The notes under the pieces are model-generated. The model made no database searches, was not told where the DNA came from, and was given only the letters and a program-made list of their open reading frames with translations. Below are positions 9,470-18,341 of a DNA stretch of 29,154 nt, piece by piece; position 1 is the stretch's first letter, and each line of letters starts with the position of its first letter. Position numbers and translations under genes: made by a program. The stretch is from a virus (Duplodnaviria > Caudoviricetes), in IMG/VR virus record IMGVR_UViG_3300009026_000048, positions 1-29,154 of that record; one strand, 5' to 3'.

Positions 9470-10092
9470 TAATTAGATGACCTAAAATCTTCATCTTGTC
9501 CACGCCAATCGGTACCCATTCTGCGAATTTCATCTTCGATTTTGTTTCGTTCAACATCTTTACCCATACCCGCAGCAAAATCACTTCTTTTACCCAATTT
9601 AGATAGTTCTGGATCTTCGTCAATATCGTAGTCATCATCCTCAAAATTTTGCAAAACGGCATTCTCTGTTCCGCTTTCAAAATCATCGAAAGCCTCTGCT
9701 TCCATTTCTTCTTCTCTAAGAACACCCAATTCTGTCAATTTTTCATAAACCTTCAATGGTGATTCTTTAATTTGGTCTTCTTCATCTAGAATTGAATTTG
9801 CCATTTCAATTGCCTTTTTCAAATTTGTAAAAATCTCAGTATCTTCACTCATGTCTGGTATATTGCGAAGGATAGCACGAATAACTGGTCCTAGATTAAG
9901 ACCTATTTCGTCAGCTTTTATCACCACGTTTTTCTTAGGACGCGGCTCGTCTGGCGTATCATCATCTAAATCGTCAATATCGGCATCGATATCGCTCATA
10001 TCATCATCAGAGGCACCCCCGATGATGTTTTGCTCGTTTAGTATTAATTGTTTATAGGATTCGAATATAGCTTCCTGATCTTTGTTTCTCAT
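9466..10092 (-). CDS. Acidic hypothetical protein, probably late/virion-associated
   Basis: 208 aa, very D/E-rich. TAAATA on the - strand at 10103-10108, 10 nt before ATG. Confidence 0.75.
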   Translation of the reverse strand: MRNKDQEAIFESYKQLILNEQNIIGGASDDDMSDIDADIDDLDDDTPDEPRPKKNVVIKADEIGLNLGPVIRAILRNIPDMSEDTEIFTNLKKAIEMANSILDEEDQIKESPLKVYEKLTELGVLREEEMEAEAFDDFESGTENAVLQNFEDDDYDIDEDPELSKLGKRSDFAAGMGKDVERNKIEDEIRRMGTDWRGQDEDFRSSNY

Positions 10093-10096
10093 AGTA

Positions 10097-10124
10097 TTGA
10101 ATTATTTAGTTTATATGTTACAAT
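10097..10124. promoter_or_regulatory. Overlapping divergent promoters: + strand sigma70-like and - strand late-type TAAATA
   Basis: + strand: TTGAAT (10097-10102), 16 nt, TG-T-TACAAT (10119-10124), ATG 10131. - strand: TAAATA at 10103-10108. Confidence 0.6.
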
Positions 10125-10130
10125 ATTTTT

Positions 10131-10820
10131 ATGAATATTGTTGCGTGTAGCATATCACGAAGTGCTGATCCTTGTCAAACTAAAATTTTCAAAAATCTTC
10201 AAAAAATAAATAAGCATTCTGAAAATAAAATAGATTTAAAATTAAAACATAATAACACGAAGACGGGTTTATGTGAATTTTATAATAAATGTATTGACGA
10301 ACATGCCAAGATCTGCGATTATATGATTCTTGTCCACGATGACGTGGAATTTATAAACATGGATTTGGCTTATCAAATAGAACAGGGAATGCAAAAATAC
10401 GACATCTTAGGTGTTGCTGGATGCATCGATCCCACAATTAAAGATGATAACTTGTGGCATCTTATGACTGATAGAAGCAAGTTGAGGGGGTTTGCTGGTC
10501 ATCCATGTTCCAATGATCCAGAAGAATTTTATGTTACAGTATTTGGACCATCTCCAAATAGAGTAGCTATGATTGATGGCGTTGTCATGGTATTGAATTG
10601 TAAAAAGATATTGGAATCTAATACTAGATTTGATGAAAACTATATGTTTCACCATTATGATTTGGACTTTTCTATTCAATGCAATATTAATAAATTAAAA
10701 ATTGGCACTTGGCCTATTTTAATCAACCATAGTTCACCAGGTTTAAAGGAAAGACATAAAGGTTGGAGTGATTCAAACGAATATTTTAAAAATAAATGGA
10801 AAAAAATACTACAAAAATAG
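10131..10820 (+). CDS. Glycosyltransferase, GT-A fold (GT2-like)
   Basis: FYNKCI, VHDDVEF (DxD-like), LGVAG, IDGVVM and RFDENYMFHHYDLDFSIQC are typical of GT2-like proteins. Confidence 0.8.
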   Translation: MNIVACSISRSADPCQTKIFKNLQKINKHSENKIDLKLKHNNTKTGLCEFYNKCIDEHAKICDYMILVHDDVEFINMDLAYQIEQGMQKYDILGVAGCIDPTIKDDNLWHLMTDRSKLRGFAGHPCSNDPEEFYVTVFGPSPNRVAMIDGVVMVLNCKKILESNTRFDENYMFHHYDLDFSIQCNINKLKIGTWPILINHSSPGLKERHKGWSDSNEYFKNKWKKILQK

Positions 10821-12139
10821 ATTTAGATTACTACGAGAAAGTTGTGATGTATAACTGTCTTTTTGACAGTGGATATTTGGGGGCTATCATTGATCATTTA
10901 AATCCAAGCATCTTCATGGATAAGGATATTAAGTGCATAATTAGCATTATAACCGACTTCTACATTAAAAGGAGCGAAGTTCCATCTTTAGTTGAGATTA
11001 AAACATATACAGATGAGCCTAGTTCTAAGGAATCTCTAAAAAGCTTGGGAGTTAAACTTAGGGAACTTGAAAATGTAAAATTTAATCGTGATGAATTATT
11101 TGAAAATACAGAAACCTTCCTCAAAGAAAGGTCTGTATATAATACCCTTTTAGAAGCTGCTCAAAAGCTCGATGGCGGTAACTTAGATTCATCCGCATTA
11201 CTGATTAAGATGGAGAAAGCTGTAGGCATAAATTTATCAACATCCATAGGTATGAGTCTTCTGGACGATGTTGATCACTTTATAAACGAACTTTCTAAGA
11301 ATGAGAGTAAAATATCTAGTGGGTGGAGATGGTTGGATAATAAGATTAGTGGTGGTTTTTGTGAGAATGGTAGGGCATTATATGTCTTTATCGGTGAAAC
11401 AAATGTCGGTAAATCCATTTTCCTTGGAAATGTTGCTGCTAATGTGGCAATGCAAGGCAAGACATGTTTGGTAATTTCTTTGGAAATGTCTGAGATCATG
11501 TATGGAATGCGATTCGCATCCAATTTGACTAAAATTCCAATGTTTGAGTTGAAGAATGATTTTGGCAAGCTCAAAAGCCAATTGAATAATATCAAGAAGA
11601 GAAATAAGGAATCGAAAATTCTAATTAAAGAATTCCCTCCATCAACAATATCCCCATTTCAAGTTGCGGCATATTTGAAAAAATTACAGCAGAGAGGTAT
11701 TAAGGTTGATTGTTTGGTATTGGACTATTTGAATCTGATGGACAGTGGTGTTAAAGGTGTTAGTAATATGTACGAACGTGTTAAACATATATCTGAGCAA
11801 CTCAGAGCCGTTTCCTACAAGTTTAGCATTCCTGTCATCACCGCATCTCAAATTAATCGTTCAGGTTATAATTCCGCTAGTCCTAGTTTAGAAACAATTT
11901 CTGAGGGTATTAGTTTAGCGAACACCGCAGATTGTATTTTCAATATTTGGCAAACCGATGAAGATAAAGATAATGGTTTTATTAATATGGGAGTAGCTAA
12001 AAATCGTTTTGGACCCAATTTTGGATCGACTATGTTGAAAATAGATTATACCACATTAACCTTGTCTGAGGAAGATGTGAGAAGCGGGACAGATGAAGTC
12101 TGCGAATTTAATAAATCAATTAAATCACTTGAAGATTGA
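10796..12139 (+). CDS. gp41: Replicative DnaB-like helicase (T4 gp41-like)
   Basis: Walker A GETNVGKS, ISLEMSE, IKEFPP, LDYLNL, TASQINRSG, SEGISLANTAD, KNRFG. Confidence 0.95.
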   Translation: MEKNTTKIDLDYYEKVVMYNCLFDSGYLGAIIDHLNPSIFMDKDIKCIISIITDFYIKRSEVPSLVEIKTYTDEPSSKESLKSLGVKLRELENVKFNRDELFENTETFLKERSVYNTLLEAAQKLDGGNLDSSALLIKMEKAVGINLSTSIGMSLLDDVDHFINELSKNESKISSGWRWLDNKISGGFCENGRALYVFIGETNVGKSIFLGNVAANVAMQGKTCLVISLEMSEIMYGMRFASNLTKIPMFELKNDFGKLKSQLNNIKKRNKESKILIKEFPPSTISPFQVAAYLKKLQQRGIKVDCLVLDYLNLMDSGVKGVSNMYERVKHISEQLRAVSYKFSIPVITASQINRSGYNSASPSLETISEGISLANTADCIFNIWQTDEDKDNGFINMGVAKNRFGPNFGSTMLKIDYTTLTLSEEDVRSGTDEVCEFNKSIKSLED

Positions 12140-12164
12140 TGAATCCGTTATAAGTTAATAGATA

Positions 12165-13082
12165 ATGGATAACAAGAAAAAAATACATGTATTTGTTCAC
12201 TCCGATTTGGATGGAGTGACATCGTATATGGTGTTACAATGGTATTTGTGGAATGTGCCTACATATACTATAAGTAACCATGAAAATCTACATAATAGCG
12301 TATCTAAATGGTTATTAAAAAATAAAATAGACGAATATGATTCTATTTATTTTTTAGGTTTTGATACCTGTAATATATTACATTTAATTGATCATAAGAA
12401 CGTATACATCTTCGATCATCACCAAGAGGCTGAAAGGTGTCTATCTCTCTATGTGAACGCTAAAGTTAAGGTATTGGAATATGGTTCTACTGTGTTGGGG
12501 TTATATAGGCATTTGAAAGATACCATGAAAGACAGAAAAATAACAGCCGATCAAAGAAAGTTGGTTGCTTTGGTAGATGATTATGCTTCCTATAGATTAC
12601 TGGAAAGGGAAACTTCAATTGGCTTAAACATGATATTTTGGAATTATCAGGGAGATAAACTTGAAAAGTTTAGAAATGATTTCAATAATGGATTCACCGC
12701 ATTCGGAAACGATCAATTAAAGATCATAGATTTTTATAAAAATAAAATTAGAAAAATAATTGATGCTGCTGATTTTTATGTTGGTGACTTTAAGATACAA
12801 GGGGTTTTCCGCAAAGTTATAGCCACATTTGCGGATACTTGTATAAATGAAGTAGCCTCTGAATTAACGAATATGGGATTTGAAATAGCTATAGTTGTTA
12901 ATGCCGTTACTAAAAAAGTGAACTTTAGAAAAAACCATCACTCAAATGTAGATTTGCCAAAATTGGCTAAAAATCTCACAGATGGTGGTGGGTATAAAAA
13001 TACCGCAGGAGGTTTGTTAACTGAAAAATTCATGACCTTTACAAAACTTTTAAATAAATATGATATCGGAAAAGGAAAATAG
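12165..13082 (+). CDS. DHH-family phosphoesterase
   Basis: HSDLDG (motif 1), FDHH (motif 3), DDY, and C-terminal DHHA1-like GGGYKNTAGG. Confidence 0.8.
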   Translation: MDNKKKIHVFVHSDLDGVTSYMVLQWYLWNVPTYTISNHENLHNSVSKWLLKNKIDEYDSIYFLGFDTCNILHLIDHKNVYIFDHHQEAERCLSLYVNAKVKVLEYGSTVLGLYRHLKDTMKDRKITADQRKLVALVDDYASYRLLERETSIGLNMIFWNYQGDKLEKFRNDFNNGFTAFGNDQLKIIDFYKNKIRKIIDAADFYVGDFKIQGVFRKVIATFADTCINEVASELTNMGFEIAIVVNAVTKKVNFRKNHHSNVDLPKLAKNLTDGGGYKNTAGGLLTEKFMTFTKLLNKYDIGKGK

Positions 13083-13344
13083 AGAAAAGGAACACATTTT
13101 TAATTCATTCTGTAGTTTTATAAGTATACTGAATAACAAGAAGATGAATTATGCATCAATTCTGTTATTGTATATCCAGGATATTAAGATACGTGATTTC
13201 TTCAAATTGATAAACAATATTGACAATGATATGGATGCTGTTAGGCTATTTTTAGATAATGACGCGTCTTTATATAAATCTAAATATGTTATGAAATTTC
13301 TTAACAATAAGAAAAACAAAAAAATTATAGATTCACTACGTTAG
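13060..13344 (+). CDS. Hypothetical protein
   Basis: 94-aa ORF tiling the gap between the DHH gene and the next gene on the same strand. Confidence 0.6.
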   Translation: MISEKENREKEHIFNSFCSFISILNNKKMNYASILLLYIQDIKIRDFFKLINNIDNDMDAVRLFLDNDASLYKSKYVMKFLNNKKNKKIIDSLR

Positions 13345-13356
13345 TTGTTTAACTAA

Positions 13357-14007
13357 ATGAGAGATTTGGAAAATATATACAATACTTATTTGAGGATAAG
13401 TAGAACGAAGAAAAATTTACCATATAAAACTAGGAAAGATTTTTCCACTATTAGCGATGATGTCAATTATGCCACGTTGTTGAAATTGGAAAATTTTTTC
13501 AATAGGAACTCATATGTGAATCTGAATGATTTTTTCGAAGCTCCCTATATGATATACGAAGATGAAAATCATTTTGATTTGAATTTTTATATAACACAGA
13601 AGGCTATGAAAACCTATAGTTTGTATCAGAAGAAAAAAACATATTTAGATCCAGATTCTGATGTTCAAAAGAAAGCGGTATTGAGTGGTTTGGAGTTCAT
13701 ATATAAATTTTGTAAACATAATAAACTCGGCTTGCACGAATACATATATCACAAAACCAATAACATGAATACTGTGTTTTTACATTTAAAGGAAAAAAAT
13801 ATATCGGTTTATAACTGTTTATCTTTTTCTAATTTCGATAAGGTAGTTAATTCCCAGAATTATGAACTTCTAGAATTCATGCTTGGAGATGTCATTTCCA
13901 AGTTATCCATATTCCGCACTAAATTATACTCTTCCGTGAAGTGTAATAAAATTTCCACGGATGGTTTAAAAATATTGAAAGATAGGCTTGACATATACAA
14001 AAACTAA
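13357..14007 (+). CDS. Hypothetical protein, possibly a gp59-like helicase loader
   Basis: 216 aa, basic and aromatic-rich, immediately upstream of gp32 (the position and size of T4 gene 59). No motif proof. Confidence 0.4.
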   Translation: MRDLENIYNTYLRISRTKKNLPYKTRKDFSTISDDVNYATLLKLENFFNRNSYVNLNDFFEAPYMIYEDENHFDLNFYITQKAMKTYSLYQKKKTYLDPDSDVQKKAVLSGLEFIYKFCKHNKLGLHEYIYHKTNNMNTVFLHLKEKNISVYNCLSFSNFDKVVNSQNYELLEFMLGDVISKLSIFRTKLYSSVKCNKISTDGLKILKDRLDIYKN

Positions 14008-14015
14008 TGTAATAT
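13988..14015 (+). promoter_or_regulatory. Sigma70-like promoter of gp32
   Basis: TTGACA (13988-13993), 16 nt, TAATAT (14010-14015); ATG at 14027. Confidence 0.65.
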
Positions 14016-14026
14016 TGCTTACGAAT

Positions 14027-14902
14027 ATGAATACATTCACCAACAAAATGTTTGATAGCATTAAAGATGCTCTTCAAAAGAACGCAGTTCAATCTGGTAC
14101 AAGAAACATTCTCAAATTTGAGAAGGATAAAACTTATACCGTTAGACTGATTCCGAATGTGTCCTCACCAGAGAAGACATTCTTCCACTATTATACCTAT
14201 GACTGGAGTTCATTTGGAACTGGTCAGTATACCAGTGTTTTATCTCCAACTACATTTGGTCAACGTTGCCCAATCACCGACACTAAGTTTAAGGTGTTGA
14301 GAAATGGTACCGATGAGGAAAAGGCTAAGGCAAATCTTCTTCGCCGTAATGAACGCTGGTTGATTAACGCTTATGTTGTTGATGACCCCACAAACCCTGA
14401 AAATAATGGGACATTGAAGATTATTCGTTATGGAAAGCAACTCCATAAGATTATTTCCGATGCGATTGATGGTGAAGGTTCAGAAGACTTTGGTCCAAGG
14501 ATCTTTGATCTATCTGAAAATGGAGTAAACTTTAAGATCAAGTCTGAACAACAGGGTGATTATATTTCATATACATCTTCCAAGTTCACAATGCCTCGTA
14601 AGATTGAGGGAATGACTGATACTAAGGCAGAGGAGGTTTACAATTTAGCATTTGATTTGACTTCAATCGTTTCAACAAAATCTCAGGACGAGTTGCTTGA
14701 AATTCTAGATGAGCATTTCTTTGTGAAGCCGACACTCCTTGTTGAGAACAAGGCGTTCCAACAGAAACAAGCGGCTGTAGTTGAGGCATCTGGAGAATTC
14801 AGTACACCTAAAGCATCTGGTTCAGATGATGATACTTCTCCATTCGCAAGCGATAGTGAAGATGATGATAATTTAAAGAAATTATTGGCCGATCTAGATT
14901 AA
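14027..14902 (+). CDS. gp32: Single-stranded DNA-binding protein (T4 gp32-like)
   Basis: YTVRLIP, CPI, NAYVVDDPTNPENNG.LKIIRYGKQL, FDLSENGVNFKIK, YTSSKF and an acidic tail ending LLADLD. The track's TTG start at 13988 is the -35 box; ATG 14027 is preferred. Confidence 0.92.
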   Translation: MNTFTNKMFDSIKDALQKNAVQSGTRNILKFEKDKTYTVRLIPNVSSPEKTFFHYYTYDWSSFGTGQYTSVLSPTTFGQRCPITDTKFKVLRNGTDEEKAKANLLRRNERWLINAYVVDDPTNPENNGTLKIIRYGKQLHKIISDAIDGEGSEDFGPRIFDLSENGVNFKIKSEQQGDYISYTSSKFTMPRKIEGMTDTKAEEVYNLAFDLTSIVSTKSQDELLEILDEHFFVKPTLLVENKAFQQKQAAVVEASGEFSTPKASGSDDDTSPFASDSEDDDNLKKLLADLD

Positions 14903-14905
14903 AAA

Positions 14906-15391
14906 ATGGAAGATACCTTTCAACCAGGAGGGGACTTGCCAGCTAATCACCCTTTAGTGCTCGAAGCACTAAAGGGTATTATCTCTGGTCCAATATCCGA
15001 ACTAAGAAGTAACGTGGATAATTTAATTGTCAATTCTTCCACCTCGCTATCTAAGGGCATGGTGAATTATGATAACATATTACCCAATTATAATAATTCG
15101 GGTAATCAATCTGCGGCTGCTGATTATAATACAAATATAATCAATAGTATTATGGAAGATTCATCCATTGTTAATTATGTTGGAAATGTGAATCAACATA
15201 AACCAGTGCAGAGTTTTTCTATTCAAGAAACCATTAAACCTGTTCAGGTTAATAATAGTCAAGTTGATAGAAATCAACTTGAATTGCCTTTATTTAAACA
15301 GGCAGAAGTTAGTGATATTCATAAGAAATTGTTTGACCTTGAGAAGAAGCTTGATATAATCATTAAACATGTCAAAAACAATAAAAATTAA
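14906..15391 (+). CDS. Hypothetical protein
   Basis: 161 aa, N/Q-rich low-complexity middle, NQLELPLF motif and a short C-terminal coiled coil. Confidence 0.65.
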   Translation: MEDTFQPGGDLPANHPLVLEALKGIISGPISELRSNVDNLIVNSSTSLSKGMVNYDNILPNYNNSGNQSAAADYNTNIINSIMEDSSIVNYVGNVNQHKPVQSFSIQETIKPVQVNNSQVDRNQLELPLFKQAEVSDIHKKLFDLEKKLDIIIKHVKNNKN

Positions 15392-16109
15392 GAGTAAATT
15401 AAATTTTGTAAAAAATTTCTTATCACCCATATCTAAGATATCTGATGCCTCTATTTTGGAAGTTAATACTGACAAGTTGTCCTGTTTAACATGTACTAGC
15501 GATAATAGTATCTATATTCACGTCGAATACCCCATAGAGTCTGAATTCGTTGATATCAAGACATTAAATTGTCCAGATATTAAAAAGTTAATTAAAGCAT
15601 TTGATACAATTGCTACGGATGATGTTTCTTTTGAGTTAGAGGAGAATAACTTATCTTATAAAGATTCTGGTATTCGTTTCAAATATCATTTACAGGAAGA
15701 TGGTATAATAAAGAGTCCAAAAATGAGTTTGAACAGATTGAGGGACACTGAGTTTCAATCCAGCTTTTCAATAAAAAAGCAGACTATTAGAGATTTAATA
15801 AAGGGTTCCGTTTTTAGTTCAGAGTCGAATAAGATATATTTATTTGGAAATAGTAATGACGGCATTCATGGTGAATTAACCGACAAGACTAGAAATAATA
15901 TAGACACAATAACTTTAAGGATTTCTGAATCTTTTTTTGGAGATCCTGTAGATTCTTTACCTTTAAATTTTGAGATATTTAGGATTATGGATATTTCTAA
16001 TATTGATGAAATTAAAGTTAAAATAAATGTTAAAATTGGAGTTGTATTATTTGAGATTGAGAATAATTATAATAAAATGAAATACATCATGTCTTCCTTA
16101 ATAAAATGA
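15369..16109 (+). CDS. gp45: Sliding clamp (T4 gp45/PCNA-like)
   Basis: 246 aa with the alternating helix/strand pattern of clamps (FLSPISKI..., LNCPDIKKLIKAF, MKYIMSSL), in the replisome cluster. Confidence 0.7.
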   Translation: MSKTIKIKSKLNFVKNFLSPISKISDASILEVNTDKLSCLTCTSDNSIYIHVEYPIESEFVDIKTLNCPDIKKLIKAFDTIATDDVSFELEENNLSYKDSGIRFKYHLQEDGIIKSPKMSLNRLRDTEFQSSFSIKKQTIRDLIKGSVFSSESNKIYLFGNSNDGIHGELTDKTRNNIDTITLRISESFFGDPVDSLPLNFEIFRIMDISNIDEIKVKINVKIGVVLFEIENNYNKMKYIMSSLIK

Positions 16110-16459
16110 AAAACGATACTAGACACAAAACAAAAAATTCCATTAAAACTCCTAGTTATTTTATTAAAAGACTTAAGGATTCTGGTTTCATAGTATGGAA
16201 AATGTTTGATGATTATGGTATTCATGATCCTCGTTGTTGGAGTGTTTTAGTTGATCCGAAAGGATCATCTCTATGGATAACTTGTTATGTTAACAAGGAA
16301 TTTATGGGCGACATTATGTTTGAGCTTAATGATGGGGGTCAGAAATTCGCTAAAAATTTATCGATTAAAACTGAAAGTTTGGAAGTTATTATAACTCATT
16401 TAATTAATGCTGGCGTTAGAAATAATTCCATCAATAGCCCATATCATAAAGATAAATAA
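16106..16459 (+). CDS. Hypothetical protein
   Basis: 117 aa, ATGA overlap with the clamp gene; YFIKRLKDSGF..DPRCWSVLVDP. Confidence 0.7.
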   Translation: MKNDTRHKTKNSIKTPSYFIKRLKDSGFIVWKMFDDYGIHDPRCWSVLVDPKGSSLWITCYVNKEFMGDIMFELNDGGQKFAKNLSIKTESLEVIITHLINAGVRNNSINSPYHKDK

Positions 16460-16466
16460 TTCAATC

Positions 16467-16796
16467 ATGGAAGGAAATGATAATAATAAACGGAGGGCAA
16501 AAAAAAAACTTCCTGTAAATGATATTAAAATGAGTGCTATTGACAGTGCTCAAATAAATGAATTATTAATTGATTCTATTCAGAATTATGTTAGAGGCGT
16601 TAAGAAAAAGACAAAAGATAGTGAAGAAGCTGTTAAAATAATAAACAATCATGTATCAGAGTTCCTCCAGGCTTTTATGATATTTGGTTACGATATGAAG
16701 GGCGATCCAATTTGCATCCATCATGCAAATACGCAAATAGACTCTGATGCATTGAGTTCCTTAATGAGTAGAGTTATTTTCAATAGGGGGGAATAA
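16467..16796 (+). CDS. Hypothetical protein
   Basis: Likely start ATG 16467, 8 nt after TAAATA (16453-16458); EFLQAFMIFGYDMKG. Confidence 0.65.
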   Translation: MEGNDNNKRRAKKKLPVNDIKMSAIDSAQINELLIDSIQNYVRGVKKKTKDSEEAVKIINNHVSEFLQAFMIFGYDMKGDPICIHHANTQIDSDALSSLMSRVIFNRGE

Positions 16797-16800
16797 GAGA

Positions 16801-17097
16801 ATGAATATGTTGGGAAAGATTTTTAATTTTTTTTCCCCAGTTAAAAAAACCCACATAACTAAGGGTTCATCTTATGCTATTCTTAGGGGTGACTACTATG
16901 GTGAAATATTTGTGTTTTTTCATCAAGAGGATGATACTTTGTTTTTTGTATCTTTACCTAAGATGGAAATACGAAAGGTTGATATTATTAAATTCGACAT
17001 TGGTTTGGATAATAAAATATTAGACTTTGTAAACATTGTTCCATCTGATGTATATAAATTAGTTAAAATACATGGAAAAAACACAATGTCCAAATAA
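16801..17097 (+). CDS. Hypothetical protein
   Basis: 98-aa ORF tiling the + strand operon. Confidence 0.65.
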   Translation: MNMLGKIFNFFSPVKKTHITKGSSYAILRGDYYGEIFVFFHQEDDTLFFVSLPKMEIRKVDIIKFDIGLDNKILDFVNIVPSDVYKLVKIHGKNTMSK

Positions 17098-17106
17098 ATA
17101 GTTTAA

Positions 17107-17292
17107 ATGAACAATGTACAGCCACGTATTATAACATCTCCAATATCTGGACAACCTTGCGTTCCTAGAATTATTGAAACCAGACAAGGGAAGAATATGG
17201 TTAAAGAGGCTCATTGGATTGATCCTGCTTCTGGTGCATTCATACGTAAGGGTGTTGTGAGCATAACACCGATTGAGTCAGAAAATCCTTGA
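17107..17292 (+). CDS. Small hypothetical protein
   Basis: 61 aa (SPISG...DPASG). TAAATA at 17095-17100, 6 nt before ATG. Confidence 0.65.
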   Translation: MNNVQPRIITSPISGQPCVPRIIETRQGKNMVKEAHWIDPASGAFIRKGVVSITPIESENP

Positions 17293-17316
17293 CATAGTTT
17301 ATTGTTGTAGTATTCT
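17289..17316 (+). promoter_or_regulatory. Sigma70-like promoter of primase
   Basis: TTGACA (17289-17294), 16 nt, TATTCT (17311-17316); ATG at 17323. Confidence 0.6.
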
Positions 17317-17322
17317 TACCTC

Positions 17323-18339
17323 ATGGTAGTCTTACCAGAAGAATACATTGTATCTAAATTTTATCAATATGCGGGTTCTCCCAAATATAATAGGGGTTGC
17401 AATTCATATCAAGCCAGTTGCCCCATTTGTAGGGAAGGGTCTTCTTGGTTGAGAAAGCAGAGATGCTATTATCTCGCTAAAAAAAATATAATACATTGTC
17501 ATAATTGTGGATGGCATGGTAATCCTGTTAATTGGATTATGGAGTTGAGTGGTGATTTGTTTATCGATGTTATCAATGAGTCAAAGAACTATGATACTGT
17601 AAATGTAAATGATGCCCCAAAACCTAAAAAAAAGATAGTTGATTATGACTTGCCGAGTGATTGTATCGATTTGACGGATCAGGAACAGGTTCTTTTCTTC
17701 AATAATGAACCTGTAGTTAAAAAGGCACTGGAAGTATTGAAGGATAGAAAAATGATGACAGCTATAAATCATCCAAAAAAATACTATGTGACCTTGAATG
17801 ACTTCGTTCATGGTAATAGACTGATAATTCCATTTTACGATGAAAGCAATAAAATTGTTTTTTATCAATCTAGGAAATTGTTATTGGATGATAATAAACC
17901 AAAGTATCTATCTAAAAAAAATTCAGAGAGATCGGTCTTTAATATAAACAATGTAGATAAGGATATACCATATATATTTGTAACTGAAGGACCCATAGAC
18001 TCGACATTTATTAAAAACGGTGTGGCACTAGCTGGCATATCTGAGTCTGGTAGTGATACCTTTACTGAAAGGCAAAGGTATCAAATTCAATTATTTCCAC
18101 TACATGAATTAATTTTCGTTTTAGATAATCAATGGATTGATGCCACATCCAAAAAGAAAAGTAAAGCCTTACTCGATGCGGGTAAGAAGGTTTTTATCTG
18201 GCCTAAAGAATACTCAAAATATAAGGATTTGAATGATGTGTGTATAGCATACAATATAGATGAATTCCCATATAAATTCATATGCAAGCACTCTTATACT
18301 GGAATGACTGGTAAGATAAAACTATCTGAGATTAAGTGA
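17323..18339 (+). CDS. gp61: DNA primase (T4 gp61-like)
   Basis: Zinc finger CPIC...CHNC, RLIIPFYD, FYQSR, PKYL, TOPRIM VTEGPIDS, LDN, KDLND. Confidence 0.93.
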   Translation: MVVLPEEYIVSKFYQYAGSPKYNRGCNSYQASCPICREGSSWLRKQRCYYLAKKNIIHCHNCGWHGNPVNWIMELSGDLFIDVINESKNYDTVNVNDAPKPKKKIVDYDLPSDCIDLTDQEQVLFFNNEPVVKKALEVLKDRKMMTAINHPKKYYVTLNDFVHGNRLIIPFYDESNKIVFYQSRKLLLDDNKPKYLSKKNSERSVFNINNVDKDIPYIFVTEGPIDSTFIKNGVALAGISESGSDTFTERQRYQIQLFPLHELIFVLDNQWIDATSKKKSKALLDAGKKVFIWPKEYSKYKDLNDVCIAYNIDEFPYKFICKHSYTGMTGKIKLSEIK

Positions 18340-18341
18340 GA

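Noticed and set aside
4616-12139. Inteins or introns in polymerase, recombinase or helicase
   Set aside because: Lengths (857, 366, 447 aa) are normal and the motifs are contiguous; no homing-endonuclease ORF is visible.
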